58,750 nucleotides of DNA, taken from the IMG/VR virus record IMGVR_UViG_3300000928_002271, positions 1-58,750 of that record; one strand, given 5' to 3'. Of this stretch, positions 10,696-18,282 are shown one piece after another. The position numbers and the translations under genes are program-made. Each line of letters starts with the position of its first letter. Positions within the stretch are counted from its first letter, which is position 1. The notes beneath the pieces are model-generated. The model was not told where the DNA came from and ran no database searches. It saw nothing but the letters and a program-made list of their open reading frames with translations. The stretch comes from a virus. Its lineage: Duplodnaviria > Caudoviricetes.

Positions 10696-11312
10696 TATTT
10701 AGTTCTCATTTCGTAATTAAAGATTTCAAAGTCTTTTTTATAAAATTCATTAATAATACGATACATATCGGGAGTATAGATTTTAGTCCAATCTCTTTCT
10801 ACGTATTCCATATTATTATGGACTTTTAATTTAGTATGGATTTTAAATTGAGCTGTTTTATTATGTTCCTCAGCAAATTTTTTCCAATCCTCATCTAAAT
10901 TTTCATATCGTAAAATACCATCTACTAAAATGAAATTTTTAACACATACAAATCTTGATTGGGGCCAAGTTAATTCGTGTTGGGTTAGTTCTTCATTTTG
11001 GTCTTCATAGAATGCTGAGCGAGATTCTAGGGCTTGGACGAATTGTTCAAAATTAAAAATCCCAAATCTACCCTCGATATCTTCAATTACACGAAGATAA
11101 TTCCAACATGAATAAGCTCTATCATACGGGTTACGACAAATAGCAAAACTTTTATATGAAGATAATAATTCTTCATCGTTGTGATTAATTTCATCCATAT
11201 AAACAGCGTGGTGGTGTCCACTATCTGTCTTGTTGGATAAAACGGCGAATGGGGCGTGCGAGGCATTTTTAGGAATGCCAGTAAAGATAATCTTGTGTTT
11301 GTGGAAAATCAT
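10695..11312 (-). CDS. Sulfotransferase family 2 protein
   Basis: IFTGIPKNAS (5'-PSB), RNPYDRAYS.W (3'-PB), RYENL..DW, YKKDFEIFNY; likely start MIFHK at 11312. Confidence 0.85.
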   Translation of the reverse strand: MIFHKHKIIFTGIPKNASHAPFAVLSNKTDSGHHHAVYMDEINHNDEELLSSYKSFAICRNPYDRAYSCWNYLRVIEDIEGRFGIFNFEQFVQALESRSAFYEDQNEELTQHELTWPQSRFVCVKNFILVDGILRYENLDEDWKKFAEEHNKTAQFKIHTKLKVHNNMEYVERDWTKIYTPDMYRIINEFYKKDFEIFNYEMRTK

Positions 11313-11325
11313 TATTGAAAAGGTT

Positions 11326-12102
11326 TTAAACTTCCCGCTTAGTATCGTAAGCAATAATATGATCGCGGCCTGTCATATTATAACCGTGTTCCGCGCACAT
11401 CTCAAAGACCAAAGGATACATTTCAATTAGTGTTTCACGAGTATCCCCAGCCGGCATGACGTAAGTTTTGTCTTTAGGGATCTCCATTTCAACTCTAAAT
11501 GCCTCAATTTCCGCCAAATTCTCATCAGTGCCATCCCAAACTGGTTTGAAATGGTAATCTGTGTGGTAATCTAGGGTTTGACGAATAGCATCTTTGTTAA
11601 TGCGGAATTTATTATGTTGCTTAATCATTTTTTCATCAGCAATAGCTCCTTGTGGTGTAACAGCTCCTACTACAGGAACACTGTTAGAGAACTTTGGGGA
11701 CAAAGAAATAAGATCAAGCGGATAATCTGTTTGTAGGAAGTGAGAGCCTTCAGTCTCAATAGTAACAATAATACCTCTTTCTTTAGCGAAATGGGTGATT
11801 TCGTTTACTAATGCGGGGTGCATTGTTGGGCTGCCCCCTGTTAACATCATCTCTTTTACGTGAGGATTCTCATCATAAATATTGATAATGTCTTGGAATG
11901 AATAACCACCTTTCTCTGGGTGGATAGAAGTATACCAACTGTCACACCAACCACCTTCGCCAAAGTAGCAACGGTGGGTACAACCAGTAGTTCTAACTGC
12001 AATCGTAGGACGTCCAAAACGAGATCCCTCACTTTGAACGCAACGGTACAATTCTACAATTGGTAAAATTTTATTATAATCTTCAATTCTCTTAAGCTGC
12101 AT
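11326..12102 (-). CDS. queE: 7-carboxy-7-deazaguanine synthase (radical SAM)
   Basis: VQSEGSRFGRPTIAVRTTGCTHRC...WCDS, LTGG.P, IETEGS, SLSPK; likely start MQLKR at 12102. Confidence 0.92.
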   Translation of the reverse strand: MQLKRIEDYNKILPIVELYRCVQSEGSRFGRPTIAVRTTGCTHRCYFGEGGWCDSWYTSIHPEKGGYSFQDIINIYDENPHVKEMMLTGGSPTMHPALVNEITHFAKERGIIVTIETEGSHFLQTDYPLDLISLSPKFSNSVPVVGAVTPQGAIADEKMIKQHNKFRINKDAIRQTLDYHTDYHFKPVWDGTDENLAEIEAFRVEMEIPKDKTYVMPAGDTRETLIEMYPLVFEMCAEHGYNMTGRDHIIAYDTKREV

Positions 12103-12550
12103 AGATTGCTGAGTTTTTGTGGTTTTCCATGAATTTAACTTTAACAACCTTTACGCGACCTTCAGTCTCAAGTTGTACAAAGTCATTTAACGTATGATAA
12201 AGATATTCAGCAAATTTTTCAGCGCCTACTGCTTCTATTACTCGCAGTTGAATAACACCTCTATCGTGCATATCACGGAAGTTATCTAGTTCAGGATCAT
12301 CTTCTGCTACAACAACAGTATGATCGAACATATATTCCATCCATTCTTTAGGTTGACGACCTTCAATAAGGTTTTTGGCACGTTTCATACCACCAAAGTC
12401 CCAAACCCAGTTGCGGTGATCTAATTCACCCTCGAATGTAACTTCAAATTCTACGTCATAACCATGAAGGTATTGACAGTGAGTAGTATTCGCTCTCCAT
12501 TGACGGAAGCAGGTACTAAACCCATCAAACTTTTTTCTTGACTTAAACAT
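12092..12550 (-). CDS. queD: 6-carboxy-5,6,7,8-tetrahydropterin synthase
   Basis: HCQYLHGY, WVWDFGG, FDHT, GAEKFAE, C-terminal E...NSA.Y. Confidence 0.92.
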   Translation of the reverse strand: MFKSRKKFDGFSTCFRQWRANTTHCQYLHGYDVEFEVTFEGELDHRNWVWDFGGMKRAKNLIEGRQPKEWMEYMFDHTVVVAEDDPELDNFRDMHDRGVIQLRVIEAVGAEKFAEYLYHTLNDFVQLETEGRVKVVKVKFMENHKNSAIYAA

Positions 12551-12800
12551 TAGCAAAGTTTTTATAATTTTCCATTAAAAACGATTTTTGTTGAATACCA
12601 ACGTGACGTGTTATTTCTTTGCCTGTATTATCAACTAAAATCACAGTGGGAACGTTACGAACCCCATATTTAATAGCCAAATCACTTTGTTCGTCTACGT
12701 TAACTTTTTCAACAATAATTTCTTGTGACACTTGCTCCATAATAGGTCCAAATGATCTACAAGGACCACACCAAGGGGCACTAAAATATAAATATCTCAT
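12543..12800 (-). CDS. Thioredoxin
   Basis: FSAPWCGPC, YGVRNVPT. Confidence 0.93.
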   Translation of the reverse strand: MRYLYFSAPWCGPCRSFGPIMEQVSQEIIVEKVNVDEQSDLAIKYGVRNVPTVILVDNTGKEITRHVGIQQKSFLMENYKNFANV

Positions 12801-13138
12801 ACTAATTCTTCTATAAATCCTAAAGTTTCACTAAATAACAACACGGCAGCTGCTAACCACATATTATATGGTAGTAATACATATCCAATAACTCGTACAG
12901 TTGATTTTAGAAAGCTAATATATCTATGCCATTTTTGATTTGGCATATGTTTAAGTTCTTTTTGTTGTTCATCCCAGTGTTCTTGGTTTTTACCACTAAA
13001 AATATCTCTGTAGAGATTGCTTCTATCACTCATTTTTTTATTTTTTAATTCATTTATTAACATAGAAGTAGGGTTGTGAGCAAGAATCATGTGATTCTGC
13101 TCACTAACCTCTCTTCCGTAAACATCTTTAACCGGCAT
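12797..13138 (-). CDS. Hypothetical membrane protein (start uncertain)
   Basis: Hydrophobic C-terminal helices; fills the gap between queC and thioredoxin. Confidence 0.6.
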   Translation of the reverse strand: MPVKDVYGREVSEQNHMILAHNPTSMLINELKNKKMSDRSNLYRDIFSGKNQEHWDEQQKELKHMPNQKWHRYISFLKSTVRVIGYVLLPYNMWLAAAVLLFSETLGFIEELV

Positions 13139-13946
13139 GACTAGCTAAAACTTTTTCAACATGAGATCGGGCTACCTCCCAACTCACTGGTCCTGTTTCG
13201 TCTTCATACTGAACTGGATCTTGTCTATCAAGGGATATAAAGGCTTCAATGCGCTCCACACTAGAAGCAGACTTATAGTCACTATTGCCACTAGGATAAG
13301 GCTTATAACTTGTGTTAGTTCGTTTATAAACTTCATCAAAATCAATTTCTAGTTCATAACAGAGGCGTTCTCCATCTTGCAAAATTGTAAATTTATCACC
13401 TTTAAGATAAGGTGTAAAATAACTTACATTTTCGGCACCCCAGTTACCTATTCTAAAAGCGTAATCATCTGCGTCTCGGAATTCTTGACGACAATCCGGA
13501 TAAATTGCATGATCACCTGCATGAATTCCCATTGCAATGTCACACATTTCACCTGTTTTATCAGCAATTGAAAGTGCTACTGCCTGAGTGATCGAAGCAA
13601 ATATTTTATTGCGGTTAGGAACAACAGTTGCTTTCATGTTTTCTTCAGCATAATGTCCTTCTGGTACCTCATCGCCACCTTCTACCAATGCTGAATTTAA
13701 TAGGTCTGTTAAACCATCTAATTTGATTACTCGGTAACGAACATCGTAACCACTAGCTTTTAAATAGTTGACTAATGATTGAGCTCGCTCTAATTCAACT
13801 CGGTGTTTTTGTCCGTAATCAAAAGACAAAGCCGTTACTGTATCAAATTCCTTGATACATTTGAGCAACAAAGTACTCGAATCCATACCACCTGAAAGTG
13901 ATACTACTGCGTGTTTTCCTTGATTAAAATCCATTTCTAACTGCAT
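13128..13946 (-). CDS. queC: 7-cyano-7-deazaguanine (preQ0) synthase, variant lacking C-terminal Zn cysteines
   Basis: SLSGGMDSST (PP-loop), FDYGQKH..E, TVVPNRN, HAGDHAIYPDCRQEF. Confidence 0.95.
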   Translation of the reverse strand: MQLEMDFNQGKHAVVSLSGGMDSSTLLLKCIKEFDTVTALSFDYGQKHRVELERAQSLVNYLKASGYDVRYRVIKLDGLTDLLNSALVEGGDEVPEGHYAEENMKATVVPNRNKIFASITQAVALSIADKTGEMCDIAMGIHAGDHAIYPDCRQEFRDADDYAFRIGNWGAENVSYFTPYLKGDKFTILQDGERLCYELEIDFDEVYKRTNTSYKPYPSGNSDYKSASSVERIEAFISLDRQDPVQYEDETGPVSWEVARSHVEKVLASHAG

Positions 13947-13978
13947 TTATATTTGCCAGGTATTTTAAGCGTATAGGC

Positions 13979-14479
13979 TTACGCTATTCCTAATTTTCTT
14001 TCTAGTCGAGCAAACTCTGGATCGATTACATCATCCCAGTAGTACTCACCTTCGAATTCGTCTTCAGATTCAGGTTCAGTTTCTAAAGTCAAGTATTGAC
14101 CAGCATCTGTAATTTTAATAACACCAATTGGATCGTATGCTTCATCCCAATAACGTGCTGTAAATATAATGTCTGGGTCAATAGTAACCAACTGTCGGTG
14201 CATTTCTTTTAGCATATCTGAAGGAGGGTACCAAGCTGATTCAAGCCCAAATTCATACGATGTTTCATCTTGGCCGTAAATATCATATTTAGTTACCCAT
14301 TTAGATCCTACTTTATCAATAAAGTTCTCAGCTTCAGCGCCAAAAACATCTACAATATGTGGAGTATCTCCTTCATTAGGATATTTCCCATCATTACAAT
14401 TTTCGTATCGTTCTACAAAATAATTGATAGCCTCAGGTGTGCCTTCAATTTTAACGTCTGTTCTACAAGTATTTGCCAT
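13979..14479 (-). CDS. Hypothetical protein, ferredoxin-like (DUF1281/YubB-like)
   Basis: MAN.C...V.I.G and ESAWYPP motifs. Confidence 0.55.
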   Translation of the reverse strand: MANTCRTDVKIEGTPEAINYFVERYENCNDGKYPNEGDTPHIVDVFGAEAENFIDKVGSKWVTKYDIYGQDETSYEFGLESAWYPPSDMLKEMHRQLVTIDPDIIFTARYWDEAYDPIGVIKITDAGQYLTLETEPESEDEFEGEYYWDDVIDPEFARLERKLGIA

Positions 14480-14688
14480 TAGTCTTCAATCCAATAATCA
14501 GTTCCACCATCTTTATCTCGTGTGAATTCAAATTCATCACACACTTCATCCATTACATCATCAGCACCATCATCGCCTGATTTGTAACGCTCGAGTTGCT
14601 CATCTGTGAGCTCTACAGCATAAAAGTTGTAGGTTGTTTCGCATCTAATTAGTTTTGCCATTTTGTTTTTAATTAAAGTTTGTGTCAA
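14479..14688 (-). CDS. Small acidic hypothetical protein (probable start MAKLIR at 14661)
   Basis: ORF track; fits operon packing. Confidence 0.6.
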   Translation of the reverse strand: MTQTLIKNKMAKLIRCETTYNFYAVELTDEQLERYKSGDDGADDVMDEVCDEFEFTRDKDGGTDYWIED

Positions 14689-15124
14689 AAAATATTGCTA
14701 GTCCATCACTTGGGAGGAATATAGTAACCATTTTATTTGTTCCATCCTCATATTCATTTACAATAATAGTGATTTTCTGCCCATCTGTTATTTGAACAGC
14801 ATCAATATCAAGAAAACGACCACCATATTTATTTTCCCCTACCTCGTAGTTGTAGATGTTCATTTCATAAAACTCACCATCAGAGATGTTATACATTTTA
14901 ATGTAACCTGTTCCATTATCATTAAAGTATGTTAACCAAACATTGGTTTCAGGGCGACGTTCATCTTTGTCGAAGAACATCCATTTTTCGTCTAAATCAC
15001 TCCATACCATTCTTTGAGTTGAGGTATGGCGGGTGATTAAAACGCTAGGTTCTTGAGCTGGCTTTTGTCCGTAAACACTAAGAGTGGTTAGGGTTATTAA
15101 AAGGCCAAATAATAGCTTTTTCAC
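14669..15124 (-). CDS. Exported hypothetical protein with Sec signal peptide
   Basis: MKKLLFGLLITLTTLSVYG-Q, then a beta-rich mature domain. Confidence 0.75.
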   Translation of the reverse strand: MKKLLFGLLITLTTLSVYGQKPAQEPSVLITRHTSTQRMVWSDLDEKWMFFDKDERRPETNVWLTYFNDNGTGYIKMYNISDGEFYEMNIYNYEVGENKYGGRFLDIDAVQITDGQKITIIVNEYEDGTNKMVTIFLPSDGLAIFFDTNFN

Positions 15125-15324
15125 TTATTAAAATATTCAGTTAAAAATTCTTTAGGATACATCATAACAGATCCTTTGTATTTAGGGTTTGAAACTTCTT
15201 TGGTTTCAAATCCAACTTTTGCTTTAGCAGCTGCTGCAGCTACTTGTTTACCTAGTTCACCACCAGCGGGACGTCCCAGGAAGTCATAAAGACTCATCAT
15301 TTCATTTTCCATATTACAAATCAT
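15121..15324 (-). CDS. Hypothetical protein
   Basis: SLYDFLGRPAG...YPKEFL; overlaps both neighbours. Confidence 0.7.
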   Translation of the reverse strand: MICNMENEMMSLYDFLGRPAGGELGKQVAAAAAKAKVGFETKEVSNPKYKGSVMMYPKEFLTEYFNK

Positions 15325-16102
15325 TTATTTCACAAAACTTACAAATGTTATTTGCTAAAATGTCGTAATCAATTTGATCACTTAACATATAAAAATAATC
15401 ATTCATATTTGCTTTTGGTTTAGCATCTAAACCAGCATTACTATAACGAATACCTTCTAACGCAGCCATTACTGGGTTAGATGTATCGATTGATTCAATA
15501 AAATTAAATCCTCTATACCAACCAAATTCTTGTGGTACAGCACAACCTAACAAATGAACACGATCATTATCGTGAATTACTTTTGTTTTGTATAGCGCTG
15601 AGATAACAGATAATCGACCAAGTGCTTTACCAAGGTCACGATTAGGGTGAGGAACAACATCGTTATAATAACTAGCCCCATATGAGAATGCGATTTTTTC
15701 ATACCCTAAATCTTTATAAGTTTGGTAGCAAGTTGCTGCTTCGTGGATTGTTTGAGCTTGAACAACTGCTACTTTAGTAACGCCTTTAGGTAGTTCAATT
15801 TGAGACCATTTACGAGCATTTACTACTGAAGCGTCTCGGTTTTCCCAAACATCAGGGACAACAAATTCATTAGGACGAAGTTGTTCAATCCAATGCATCA
15901 AACGAGCACTATCATAAGCATGACCTAACTCGTGAAGCGAGTTATCCATGATAATATAGCGTCCTTGTTTTTTAGATTCTAAAAAATATTCTAGGTATGC
16001 TGGTTCTTCATCCAGCAAGTGAGGTAAACAATAATCGTAATCATTAAAATTACGACTATCTTCGAGTAAACATAACGGTGTTTCGTGGCTAACTTTTATC
16101 AT
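15314..16102 (-). CDS. Divergent tRNA-guanine-transglycosylase-fold protein (DpdA-like)
   Basis: Ordered TIM-barrel motifs IMDNS, VPDV, AVVQ, HLLG and IDTS correspond to TGT/DpdA DSG, D, VQG, LG and D; close to que genes. Confidence 0.65.
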   Translation of the reverse strand: MIKVSHETPLCLLEDSRNFNDYDYCLPHLLDEEPAYLEYFLESKKQGRYIIMDNSLHELGHAYDSARLMHWIEQLRPNEFVVPDVWENRDASVVNARKWSQIELPKGVTKVAVVQAQTIHEAATCYQTYKDLGYEKIAFSYGASYYNDVVPHPNRDLGKALGRLSVISALYKTKVIHDNDRVHLLGCAVPQEFGWYRGFNFIESIDTSNPVMAALEGIRYSNAGLDAKPKANMNDYFYMLSDQIDYDILANNICKFCEINDL

Positions 16103-16106
16103 AACT

Positions 16107-16138
16107 TAAATATACAACCTTATTTTTTAAAGTCCAAA
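16107..16138 (-). promoter_or_regulatory. Host-type promoter giving a near-leaderless transcript of the DpdA-like gene
   Basis: TTTG-N20-TATATTTA, then 4 nt, then ATG. Confidence 0.7.
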
Positions 16139-16762
16139 TGCTTTAATAGTTTTCTCAAAAGGATTTCCTTCAATATTTTTTACTTGCTCTAACATTTCTT
16201 GAGCTAAATGTTGAACCTCACGTTGAGCATGTTCACTATTACGGAGTTGTTGGAAATGGGCAAATGAACGAAAATTAAACATTACATCCATTGTAATCTG
16301 GGAGTTGAATGTTTTGAAATAACGAGCAGATTCCTTAGCACGTTTACGTCCCAAAAATGGAGTAAAATATTCAAGTGCTTCGTGATACAGCTTATTTCCT
16401 TCTTCAGCATATTTTTCAAGTTTATTTAACCAACTATTACTCCAGTCATAAGGCAAATACATTTTATCTTCCTTAAGTTCTTTATAACGAGCTGATTCAC
16501 CATTAATTGAGACGCCAATTCGGTGTTTTAGTAGGTGAATATGAGTTGCTTGATCTACTGTTACTAAAAAGTGTAAAGACGATTTTTCAAATGGTGTATG
16601 ATGACCTTCAGTTGCGAGCATTGTAAGTAGTTTTTCTACTCGTCCCAATTTTTCCTCAGTCAAATCTCGTGAGGTTGAAGTCCAAGCTGATTGGGCATGG
16701 ATTAGATCACTACCATAATGTCCTAAAAGTTCTACTTTATTACTGGTTTTTGTTTCAAACAT
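16127..16762 (-). CDS. thyX: FAD-dependent thymidylate synthase
   Basis: GHHTPFE, HLLKHR...NGESARY, NFRSFAHF..LR...HAQREV. Confidence 0.93.
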   Translation of the reverse strand: MFETKTSNKVELLGHYGSDLIHAQSAWTSTSRDLTEEKLGRVEKLLTMLATEGHHTPFEKSSLHFLVTVDQATHIHLLKHRIGVSINGESARYKELKEDKMYLPYDWSNSWLNKLEKYAEEGNKLYHEALEYFTPFLGRKRAKESARYFKTFNSQITMDVMFNFRSFAHFQQLRNSEHAQREVQHLAQEMLEQVKNIEGNPFEKTIKAFGL

Positions 16763-16763
16763 A

Positions 16764-16928
16764 TTATTTTACGTGTTTAAGTTTTTCTTGAACTTCTTCT
16801 ATTCTTCGTTTATATTCGTCCTGTTTTTCAGTATAACCATTCAAACGAGCACGCTTATAACGCTTTTGTAATTGATGTAATTTATGACCAAGCTTAAAGC
16901 GATCCCACTTTCTTAGTATTTTCTTCAT
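16764..16928 (-). CDS. Small basic hypothetical protein (54 aa, below the ORF-track cutoff)
   Basis: Manual translation MKKILRKWDRFKLGHKLHQLQKRYKRARLNGYTEKQDEYKRRIEEVQEKLKHVK*; stop lies 1 nt before the thyX start. Confidence 0.65.
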   Translation of the reverse strand: MKKILRKWDRFKLGHKLHQLQKRYKRARLNGYTEKQDEYKRRIEEVQEKLKHVK

Positions 16929-17127
16929 TCTTATTTGTTTTATTTTTATAATCTAATTCCATCAAACGAGCTAGAGCATTATCCATAGCTGTAGGATTAC
17001 TCTGATGGATATTTTTAATATACGACATCCACTCTATAAACCCACGTTTACGATTTGCGGGGTCGACCACGTCCGCGCTTGCGGTTTTCAGCTGGAGTTG
17101 GGTATTTGAATTCATTGCAATAATCAT
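16894..17127 (-). CDS. Hypothetical protein (start probably later, e.g. MSYIK at 17028)
   Basis: ORF track; the 5' part overlaps the upstream gene. Confidence 0.45.
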   Translation of the reverse strand: MIIAMNSNTQLQLKTASADVVDPANRKRGFIEWMSYIKNIHQSNPTAMDNALARLMELDYKNKTNKNEENTKKVGSL

Positions 17128-17575
17128 AATAATCCAATAAAGTTAAGTTCCAATTACATAATTCATCAATCAACTCATCTCGAGTTATTTTAAATGCGGT
17201 AGTAAAAGCATCATAAATAGCCTCTAAACGAGCTGTTTCTTCCTTTTCGTGATCTAATAATAAACGACGATAACGAGATACATCAACAGTAGTTTTTTCG
17301 TATTGCGATTGGTAATCGTCTGTGGCTAAATTCAGCTTTTTACGCGCTTGTAACGCAGCGTTCTGCGCTTGCCAATAGTAGCATGAGAAATCAAAGTCGC
17401 CGTTTATAATGCGGTCTTTTAGAGGCGCACGTTTGCCTAGTGGAGCACCTTTTTGGGTATGGGTTCTCCACCACATAAACTTGTTGTAGTTGAGTGGTTG
17501 GAGCTTTGCAATCTCCTTCTCAATAACCTCCTCAGGTTGTGTAATAAATGAATCTAAAAAACAATTAAAAGGCAT
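17048..17575 (-). CDS. Hypothetical protein with C-terminal AT-hook-like motif
   Basis: 175 aa ending RKRGRGRPRKS. Confidence 0.75.
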   Translation of the reverse strand: MPFNCFLDSFITQPEEVIEKEIAKLQPLNYNKFMWWRTHTQKGAPLGKRAPLKDRIINGDFDFSCYYWQAQNAALQARKKLNLATDDYQSQYEKTTVDVSRYRRLLLDHEKEETARLEAIYDAFTTAFKITRDELIDELCNWNLTLLDYYDYCNEFKYPTPAENRKRGRGRPRKS

Positions 17576-17801
17576 CCTCTATTTTTCCTGGGTTTCTAAG
17601 TAACACATTACGTAAATCTTGGAGTGAACGATAATCATTAACTTCGTCTAACTCACTAGATTCTGGGTTTTCTTTTGGTTTAGGTGTATGAGATTTAAGC
17701 ATCTCAGGGCGATTTTCCCTAATCCACCGAATGTAACCTGGATCGAATTGTTGGACATCAGTCCAAAGTTGACCCTTATATTTTCCTGATCTTAGAATCA
17801 T
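17565..17801 (-). CDS. Hypothetical protein (GKYKG..W.DV...DPGYIRW, DUF3820-like)
   Basis: Motif resembles small exonuclease-associated domains. Confidence 0.6.
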   Translation of the reverse strand: MILRSGKYKGQLWTDVQQFDPGYIRWIRENRPEMLKSHTPKPKENPESSELDEVNDYRSLQDLRNVLLRNPGKIEDAF

Positions 17802-17804
17802 TTA

Positions 17805-17939
17805 TTAAAATGGTAAATTATCAATTTCTTGAGGGGTAAATGTATGAAATTCTTCTCCATTCTCCACCATTTCGGCATAAATAAGATCAAGTAATGCTTG
17901 CTCTTCTTCCCAACGATCTGCTTTAATTTCAATATCCAT
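17805..17939 (-). CDS. 44-aa acidic peptide ending IDNLPF (below the ORF-track cutoff)
   Basis: Manual translation MDIEIKADRWEEEQALLDLIYAEMVENGEEFHTFTPQEIDNLPF*; fills the gap with 3-nt spacers on both sides. Confidence 0.7.
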   Translation of the reverse strand: MDIEIKADRWEEEQALLDLIYAEMVENGEEFHTFTPQEIDNLPF

Positions 17940-17942
17940 AAC

Positions 17943-18224
17943 TTATTGATCTAATGTATTACCTAATTCAACATCTTCCCACTTGATTTTAGCAGTGATT
18001 TTATTGCCTAGCATATCAAAATCATACATCATTAATCCTTGCTTTGTAATTGAACTAACATTCATACTTTTACCAAACAAACTTAATTCACGAACTGCAG
18101 ATGATGAATATGATTCTTCACCTTTAGGAGAAAATTCAAATACTTTTTTCTTTCTCCACCCACCTAGATCAACGGTGAATTCAAATTTTTCTGTTGCTGT
18201 TTCGAAATGTTTTTTCATGTCCAT
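17943..18224 (-). CDS. Hypothetical protein
   Basis: First gene after the promoter at 18248..18279. Confidence 0.7.
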   Translation of the reverse strand: MDMKKHFETATEKFEFTVDLGGWRKKKVFEFSPKGEESYSSSAVRELSLFGKSMNVSSITKQGLMMYDFDMLGNKITAKIKWEDVELGNTLDQ

Positions 18225-18247
18225 AACCTCTATTTCTTTTTAACACC

Positions 18248-18279
18248 TAAATATACGAACGAAAGTTCGGGTAACCAAA
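18248..18279 (-). promoter_or_regulatory. Host-type promoter
   Basis: TTTG-N20-TATATTTA. Confidence 0.7.
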
Positions 18280-18282
18280 TTT

